64,000 bases of DNA from Candidatus Thermosaccharophagus tengchongensis (lineage in GTDB: Bacteria > Armatimonadota > Fervidibacteria > Fervidibacterales > Thermosaccharophagaceae). Shown in pieces: positions 57,969-64,000 of the stretch. Location of the stretch: the NCBI GenBank assembly GCA_032161105.1, contig JAVHTD010000007.1; one strand, given 5' to 3'. Numbering within the stretch: position 1 is the stretch's first letter; every line of letters starts with the position of its first letter. The translations under genes were made by a program, and so were the position numbers. Under the pieces are notes generated by a model. It did no database searches. It saw nothing but the letters and a program-made list of their open reading frames with translations, and was not told the origin of the DNA.

Positions 57969-58358
57969 ATGCGCTATTCACCCACAAGGAAAGCATTGTT
58001 GCGTGATATACGGCTTAGGCAATGGAAGGCACAATTCAAACAGTGGTTGAAACTGGCGGTGGTATCAAGTTGGAATGCGATTTTGAGTTCCGCAAGGTGG
58101 CTGTGGAATGTTATCGGTGTGAAGGCGCAGGATGCACACATTATTGCGCTCGTCAGCAAAAGGCATGATGAGCTTTACAGGCTTGGGGAGAGGTGTTATG
58201 AGCTTTATCGCCGTGGCAGTCTGATGCACGACGATTTGCTTGCCCACTTGAGGCGGATTGAGATGCTGGACGCGCAGATAAGCGTTTGGGAGATTGAACG
58301 AAGGGGGTTACTTCCAACGGATAAGGAATCAAGCCGACATAACAGCCAGGATGAATGA
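57969..58358 (+). CDS. Hypothetical helical protein
   Basis: ORF with GAGG upstream, co-oriented in the gene run; amphipathic helices; no family recognised. Confidence 0.55.
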   Translation: MRYSPTRKALLRDIRLRQWKAQFKQWLKLAVVSSWNAILSSARWLWNVIGVKAQDAHIIALVSKRHDELYRLGERCYELYRRGSLMHDDLLAHLRRIEMLDAQISVWEIERRGLLPTDKESSRHNSQDE

Positions 58359-58399
58359 AATTGAATGTGTAATGCAATGCCCTGATGCCGTAGGGAGGG

Positions 58400-58933
58400 G
58401 TGTCAATGCAATCATTCAATTCATCATCTTCGTCATACGAAGCTAACTCGGACAGGCTTGAGGAATTCCGAAGGCGCTTAATGACGCTGCTCTCGCCTTA
58501 TCGTGGCAAGGTAGGTTATGGCAACCTCCGCCATGAGGAGAGGGAATGGGAGGGTGAGAATGGCAGGGTCATAAGCTTCGTGTTAGTTTACGAAACTCCT
58601 GGTGGGTCAACCAACCAGATAACTGTGACTTACAGCGAGGATAAGGGGTTTGCGCTTCTTAACGGCGACCCGCCTGAGGAGAGCTACTTTTCCTCACCCG
58701 AGGAAGTGTTGAAGGTCATTGAGGAGATGGTTAAACAAATACCGCAGCAGCGCAGTGAAAGGCTTAAGGCAACGGTTGAGCAATGGGTGGCAAGCGGCAA
58801 ATCACTGCATGAGTTGCTTCAGGAAATAAACAGGCTTGTCAGGAGCGAGTTCAAGGGTGGCAGCATCACGCATCAAGAGTTGAAGATGGCGATTCAATAT
58901 TGCATCCAACTCTCTTCGGGGATGCGTGAATAA
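58400..58933 (+). CDS. Hypothetical protein
   Basis: SD GGGAGGGG; protein-like composition; start at 58400 or 58406. Confidence 0.65.
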   Translation: MSMQSFNSSSSSYEANSDRLEEFRRRLMTLLSPYRGKVGYGNLRHEEREWEGENGRVISFVLVYETPGGSTNQITVTYSEDKGFALLNGDPPEESYFSSPEEVLKVIEEMVKQIPQQRSERLKATVEQWVASGKSLHELLQEINRLVRSEFKGGSITHQELKMAIQYCIQLSSGMRE

Positions 58934-59141
58934 GAGCCCATGAAGTCTTGCGGTTGAGTGCGCGAGACAGTCACAAGCTGCCTATAGAGCCGTTTTAACC
59001 CCTGTGAAAGGAATGCTTGCAAGAGAATGCCGAATGTTTAAGCGTTGCCTACGGGTTGTGCAATTGGGCTTTTCCCCTCAGCGATAGCTTAGGTGAGGGA
59101 AGCAAAGCTTGTTTGGGTGGCGAGGGTGCGGGTGCATCATC

Positions 59142-59828
59142 ATGCCCAGATGGCATCATCAGTGGGAACAAAGAGAGAGGCATTTTGAGAGGTTGCGCAT
59201 CCGCATGGTTCAGACACAGCTTCGTGCTCGCGGTATAAAGGATGAGCGTGTCCTAAAAGCCTTCTTGAAGGTGCCGAGGCATAAGTTTGTTCTCCCTGAA
59301 GATGTGGAAGAAGCCTACGAAGACCATCCGCTGCCTATAGGGTTTGGTCAGACTATCTCTCAGCCGTTTATGGTGGCGACTATGACAGAGGCATTAAACC
59401 TTTGCGGCGACGAGATAGCCCTTGAAATAGGCGCTGGCTCAGGTTACCAAGCCGCCATACTTGGGGAGCTTTGCAAAGAGGTCTACGCAGTTGAACGCAT
59501 ACCGGAGTTGGCTGAGCGCGCCAAGAAAAACCTTGAAGCGCTCGGATATACAAATGTTCACATAGTTGTAGGCGATGGCACACTTGGGCTACCTGAACAT
59601 GCACCATATGATGCCATAGTTGTTTCAGCTGCAGCCCCGGATATACCGCCCACCCTGATTGAGCAGCTTGCCGACGGTGGACGGCTCGTCATTCCGGTTG
59701 GCTCACAATATTCGCAGATGCTCATTCGTGTGACGAAGACGGGCAGCAAAGTGGACTACGAGGAGATTTGCCCTTGCGTCTTCGTTCCTCTGGTGGGCGA
59801 ATACGGATGGCGTGAAAACGCTGTATAG
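59142..59828 (+). CDS. pcm: Protein-L-isoaspartate O-methyltransferase
   Basis: VPRHKFV, AYEDHPLPIGFGQTISQP, LEIGAGSGYQAA, GDGTLG, FVPLVG. Confidence 0.96.
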   Translation: MPRWHHQWEQRERHFERLRIRMVQTQLRARGIKDERVLKAFLKVPRHKFVLPEDVEEAYEDHPLPIGFGQTISQPFMVATMTEALNLCGDEIALEIGAGSGYQAAILGELCKEVYAVERIPELAERAKKNLEALGYTNVHIVVGDGTLGLPEHAPYDAIVVSAAAPDIPPTLIEQLADGGRLVIPVGSQYSQMLIRVTKTGSKVDYEEICPCVFVPLVGEYGWRENAV

Positions 59829-59869
59829 CATTCAGAATGCTCGGCGGATATCTTCAAAGTGAAGCAGCC

Positions 59870-60721
59870 ATGCGCAGGATGACGATTAAAAGCGAAATTG
59901 AGTTTTGCGGCATCGGAATACACAGCGGTGAGTTTGCGAAGGTGAAGCTTGTCCCATCAACGAGACCGGCTGAGGCGCTTCAAACCGGCATAATTTTTTT
60001 GAGGGATGGGGTTGCCATACCAGCTCACCTTGCTTTCGTTTCATCCTCGCGGCGGTGCGTGGTGCTATCAAGCAATGGGGTGAGCATAAGCACTGTTGAA
60101 CATTTGCTGGCAGCGCTGTGGGCGTTCGGGATTACAGATGTGCACATACATGTTGATGGTCCAGAGGTGCCGATTGGCGAAGGTGATGCAATGCACTGGG
60201 TGAGGTTGTTGAATGAGGCTGGGGTTCTGGAACTACCGTATGAGAGGGAATTGATTCGCATCACGGAGCCAATCAAAGTGTGCGGTGTGAGGGAGGGTTC
60301 ATACGCATTGGCAGTGCCAAGCGATAAACTATGCGTGCATTACACTTTCAAGCATGAGCGACCGTTTATCGGGACGCAGGTTTTCTCAAGCTGTGACCTT
60401 AGGGGTTCATTCGCGAGCGAAATTGCGCCGGCTCGCACCTTCGGGTTTGTTGAAGAGATTGAAGAACTGAGGCGAGTTGGGTTGGGCTGCGGCGGTTCGC
60501 TGCAAAATTGTTTGGTCATTTTCCATGACGGTTATTCTGCACCGCTAAGGTTTGAGAACGAACTTGTAAGGCATAAGGTGCTTGACTTACTGGGCGACTT
60601 AGCGCTGTTGGGAGTGGAGTTGATTGCGCAGATTGAGGTCTGCATGGGTGGGCACGACTTACACCTGCAGTTAATGAGGCACATATGGGAGAGGGTGATG
60701 AGGGATGAAAACGGAGCTTAA
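59870..60721 (+). CDS. lpxC: UDP-3-O-acyl-N-acetylglucosamine deacetylase
   Basis: GIGIHSG, TVEHLLAAL, IAPARTFG, RHKVLDLLGDL, GGH. Confidence 0.93.
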   Translation: MRRMTIKSEIEFCGIGIHSGEFAKVKLVPSTRPAEALQTGIIFLRDGVAIPAHLAFVSSSRRCVVLSSNGVSISTVEHLLAALWAFGITDVHIHVDGPEVPIGEGDAMHWVRLLNEAGVLELPYERELIRITEPIKVCGVREGSYALAVPSDKLCVHYTFKHERPFIGTQVFSSCDLRGSFASEIAPARTFGFVEEIEELRRVGLGCGGSLQNCLVIFHDGYSAPLRFENELVRHKVLDLLGDLALLGVELIAQIEVCMGGHDLHLQLMRHIWERVMRDENGA

Positions 60722-61205
60722 GGTTGAGGAGATACTCCCGCACCGCTATCCATTCCTGTTCATTGACAGGATAGTTGAGCTCATACCGGGCAGGCGAGCC
60801 GTCGCCGAGAAGAATGTCTCAATCAACGAATCCTACTTTCAAGGGCATTTCCCGGGATACCCAGTCATGCCTGGAGTGTTGATTCTTGAGGCGATGGCTC
60901 AAACAAGCGGGCTGATAATACTCAGCATGCAAGAGCACAGGGGAAAGATAGGATTGCTTGCGGGCATGGAGAAGGTGAGGATACGCCGCCCGGTGTTTCC
61001 CGGGGACAAGTTGGTGACGCATGCCGAATTCGTCAACGCAAAAAGCAACATATGCTTCATAGATGCCAAAGCGTATGTTGACGGCGAGCTCGTAGCCGAG
61101 TGCAGGTTTATCATGGCACTTCAAGGCAGCCAGATACTTCAGGGTAATAAGTCGGCTGTAGAGAAGCCCGATGCACAACGCTGTTCTGAGGAGGACAGCA
61201 TCTAA
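60705..61205 (+). CDS. fabZ: 3-hydroxyacyl-ACP dehydratase
   Basis: LPHRYPFLFID, FQGHFP...PGVLILEAMAQ. Confidence 0.96.
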   Translation: MKTELKVEEILPHRYPFLFIDRIVELIPGRRAVAEKNVSINESYFQGHFPGYPVMPGVLILEAMAQTSGLIILSMQEHRGKIGLLAGMEKVRIRRPVFPGDKLVTHAEFVNAKSNICFIDAKAYVDGELVAECRFIMALQGSQILQGNKSAVEKPDAQRCSEEDSI

Positions 61206-61308
61206 AGCACATCGGCAAAACTTAAAAGCAGCACGGCTGTCTAAGGGTTGTGAAGGCGCACAGAGCAACGAGAGATGTTGAGCCTACAATTCGGGCATCA
61301 TAGCGGGA

Positions 61309-62217
61309 GTGTTGATGATGGATGAAGTAAACAACGGCGAACTAATCGCGTTTGATGAAGTTGGGTTGATAGAGCATGCCGTTGGACATGAGGAAGGGCA
61401 TGCTGAAACGGAGCGCAAGAGAATCATTCACCCGACTGCCATTGTGAGCCCAAAGGCCGAAATTGGTGAGGGCGTCGTTATAGGTCCGTATGCAATCATT
61501 GAGGATGATGTGTTCATCGGTGATGGGACGATAATTGAAGCCTATGTGGTGGTGAAGCGCTGGACATATATAGGCAAAAACAACCACATCTACCCGGGCA
61601 CAGTCCTCGGTGGTGAACCTCAGGATGTTAAGTTTTCGGGGGAGCGCAGTCACTTGATCATCGGCGACAACAATGTGATACGGGAGCATGTGACAATACA
61701 CCGTTCAACTGGCGAGGATAACGCCACACGCATCGGGAACAACTGCATGATCATGGCTTATTGCCACATCGGGCACAATTGCGTTGTGGGAGATTATGTG
61801 AACATTGCAAGCTACACTGGCATAAGCGGACATGCAGTGATTGAAGATCACGCGATGCTTGGCGGGATGGTCGGTGTGCATCAATACACCACGATCGGTC
61901 GCCTCGCAATGATTGGCGGCATGTCAAAGGTTGTTCAAGACATACCGCCATTCATGCTCGCCGACGGACGCCCAGCACAAGTGAAGGGAATTAACAAGGT
62001 TGGATTGGCAAGGGATGGAGTGCCGCCGGATGTGCGCATGGATTTGCACCGCGCATATAAACTCCTATACCGGTCGAGCTTGAACACCACTCAGGCGATT
62101 GAGGTCATCATGAGGGAGCTAAAGCCGAGCCACGAGTTGATTTACCTTCTGGAGTTCATCAAGCGCATTGGCGAAGGTAGGGCTGGAAGGCAGAGGGACA
62201 AACGAAAGGCTCTATAA
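61309..62217 (+). CDS. lpxA: Acyl-ACP--UDP-GlcNAc O-acyltransferase
   Basis: IHPTAIV, hexapeptide repeats, [19 protein letters not shown]; start between 61309 and 61318. Confidence 0.93.
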   Translation: MLMMDEVNNGELIAFDEVGLIEHAVGHEEGHAETERKRIIHPTAIVSPKAEIGEGVVIGPYAIIEDDVFIGDGTIIEAYVVVKRWTYIGKNNHIYPGTVLGGEPQDVKFSGERSHLIIGDNNVIREHVTIHRSTGEDNATRIGNNCMIMAYCHIGHNCVVGDYVNIASYTGISGHAVIEDHAMLGGMVGVHQYTTIGRLAMIGGMSKVVQDIPPFMLADGRPAQVKGINKVGLARDGVPPDVRMDLHRAYKLLYRSSLNTTQAIEVIMRELKPSHELIYLLEFIKRIGEGRAGRQRDKRKAL

Positions 62218-62263
62218 GCTTCGGCTCCGAATACCCATTGGTGCGACAACCCACATTGGCGCT

Positions 62264-63586
62264 ATGGCTGGACAAGGTGCAGACAACGAAGGTTTTGAGG
62301 GATGCCAACTGCCGCCTCAAAGAAAGCTTCGCATATTCATATCGGTTGGGGATGCCTCGGCTGATCTTTACGCCTCACTGCTCGTTGAGGAGATGCGCTG
62401 CAGGGAAATGCCGCTTGAGTTTTGGGGCATAGGCGGACCCAGGATGAGGGGGAATGGTGTCATCCTGCTTGCTGAGACAACGAAGCACAGCGCCATTGGA
62501 TTATTTGCAGCGCTGCCACACTTGCTTCCCATGTGGAGCATTTTCAGGCGGACAATTTCATGGCTCAAGGAACACCGCCCGGATGCGCTTGTTGCAATTG
62601 ATTTCGGTGCGGTCAACAGGAGATTGAGCAAGCTTGCAGCTGATATGGGCATCCCGACCGTTTATTACATCCCACCCGGGTTCTGGACGAAGAACATGAA
62701 AGCGGTGCAGCGTTACATCCACCCAAAGGTCATCTATGTCCCCATTTATGACTGGCAAAGGGATATGCTGCTCAAAGCCGGTGCTGATGCAAGGCAGGTT
62801 GTTTATCTCGGTCATCCGCTCGTTGATGCTATGCCAGATAGCCTAACGCGTGAGGGAGCGGAAAAGAAATTGGGCTTATCGCACAAAGCGAGGTGGGACA
62901 GACCCGTCAGAATTGCATTGCTTCCCGGGAGCAGGATATGCGAGGTAGAAAACAACATCGGTGTCATGGTTGAAGCAGTCCATCATGCCGCCCGTTTAAC
63001 TGGGCTCAGCGAAGTTGAGTTGCTTTGCTCAATCTCTCCGACAGTGGAGCGGGACAGAGTTGTGAAAGCATTAAAACGGGCTGTGGGGCATCGTTGGAAA
63101 ATTCGCGCGCTCACATTCAACGGCATGACACATGAGGTTTTACTGGCTTCAGATGCAGCCGTTGCTGTAACGGGCACTGTCACGCTTGAGGCAGCTTTGC
63201 TTGGCGTCCCAACCATCGCGATATTTGCGGCGAACTGGCTGAGCAGGCTCAACGCCATCATCATACACAAGCTGAGTTTGCCGTTTTCTGAATGGGGATT
63301 TGTCGCGTTGCCAAACAGGTTGCTTGGGAGGAAGGTCATGCCAGAATTTGCATTGTGGGATTGCACGCCAACGGCGATTGGTGAGCAACTCGCAGCGTGG
63401 CTTGCCAATCCGATGGCTGCCGAAATGGTTGCCAATGAACTCTTGCAAGTGCGCAAGCTGCTCGGCGAGAAGGGAACATCAAGACGAGTCGCTGAACTGA
63501 TCATTCAGCACGCTTCACATGCCTTAAAGCCAACTGAGGTGGCTCACAGCACATGGGACATATCTGGCGATGGTCAAATGCGATAG
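62264..63586 (+). CDS. lpxB: Lipid-A-disaccharide synthase
   Basis: ISVGDASADL, GIGGPRM, YYIPP.FW, GHPLVD, LLPGSR, GTVTLEAA, LPN; start uncertain. Confidence 0.88.
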   Translation: MAGQGADNEGFEGCQLPPQRKLRIFISVGDASADLYASLLVEEMRCREMPLEFWGIGGPRMRGNGVILLAETTKHSAIGLFAALPHLLPMWSIFRRTISWLKEHRPDALVAIDFGAVNRRLSKLAADMGIPTVYYIPPGFWTKNMKAVQRYIHPKVIYVPIYDWQRDMLLKAGADARQVVYLGHPLVDAMPDSLTREGAEKKLGLSHKARWDRPVRIALLPGSRICEVENNIGVMVEAVHHAARLTGLSEVELLCSISPTVERDRVVKALKRAVGHRWKIRALTFNGMTHEVLLASDAAVAVTGTVTLEAALLGVPTIAIFAANWLSRLNAIIIHKLSLPFSEWGFVALPNRLLGRKVMPEFALWDCTPTAIGEQLAAWLANPMAAEMVANELLQVRKLLGEKGTSRRVAELIIQHASHALKPTEVAHSTWDISGDGQMR

Positions 63587-64000
63587 TCAAGTTTAAAGCT
63601 GCGCTTGGAAGCCTTCGCAGCGAGGCGCTCTTTCGCCTCCTTGTGGAGTTTAAGCCGTATTGGAAGCGGTTGCTGTTTGCGCTCGCCTTTATCGCCCTCT
63701 CTGAGGGGCTGAGGTTGTATCTCGTTTGGCTCACACAGGACCTGCTTAAGCCGATGGTCTACCAGGGATTCAAAGAGCAGCGTTGCGATCCATTGATTGA
63801 GCTGCTCAAGAGGGCTTTGTCGCTGTTTGAGCTATCCCCACGATATGCCCAACTTGCATCAATATGCATCGCCATCATCGTGTTCGCCTTCCTAAGGGGG
63901 CTCTTCACATTCGCGCATACATTCATAGCCAATCAGGTTTGTCAGAAGGTCGTGGTCAACCTGCGCCAAAAGCTTTATGCACATATGCAGCGCCTCTCGC
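63553..64000 (+). CDS. ABC transporter, MsbA-like (partial, runs off the window end)
   Basis: Not in the ORF track. Manual translation MGHIWRW...FKPYWKRLLFAL...QKVVVNLRQKLYAHMQRLS matches an ABC exporter TM domain; follows lpxB. Confidence 0.8.
   Translation, partial: MGHIWRWSNAIVKFKAALGSLRSEALFRLLVEFKPYWKRLLFALAFIALSEGLRLYLVWLTQDLLKPMVYQGFKEQRCDPLIELLKRALSLFELSPRYAQLASICIAIIVFAFLRGLFTFAHTFIANQVCQKVVVNLRQKLYAHMQRLS

Overview
Gene-dense bacterial chromosomal window of moderate GC. The host is diderm (lpxC-fabZ-lpxA-lpxB-msbA cluster). The many Tat-exported sugar oxidoreductases, giant glycosidases and 'GCGG' lipoproteins suggest an Armatimonadota/Fervidibacteria-like polysaccharide degrader; this taxonomic call is inference only. 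Housekeeping genes: folP, folC, secDF, ribD-ribE-ribBA, hemA, ispH, CCA-adding enzyme, pcm, fur, nfeD-SPFH, two hsp20. Most notable features: (1) a co-oriented ccmF-hemA-[7-heme c/cytochrome b fusion]-[16-heme repeat cytochrome] cluster at 15.6-22.2 kb that looks like a self-supplied quinol-linked heme wire with no catalytic partner; (2) an accessory block at 24.1-29.5 kb with two novel lipoproteins carrying Arg-rich motifs, a GH98-like gene, a signal-peptide-only ORF and two REP-like doublets; (3) a zinc-ribbon Ser/Thr kinase-vWA-zinc-ribbon membrane protein operon whose last gene probably starts at CTG; (4) a candidate RNA thermometer on hsp20; (5) a GHMP kinase with a galacturonokinase-like sugar motif; (6) apparent strong avoidance of TCGA, GTAC, CTAG and GGCC. 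I saw no rRNA, complete tRNA, CRISPR array, integrase or transposase. All product calls come from motif recognition by eye, not from database searches.
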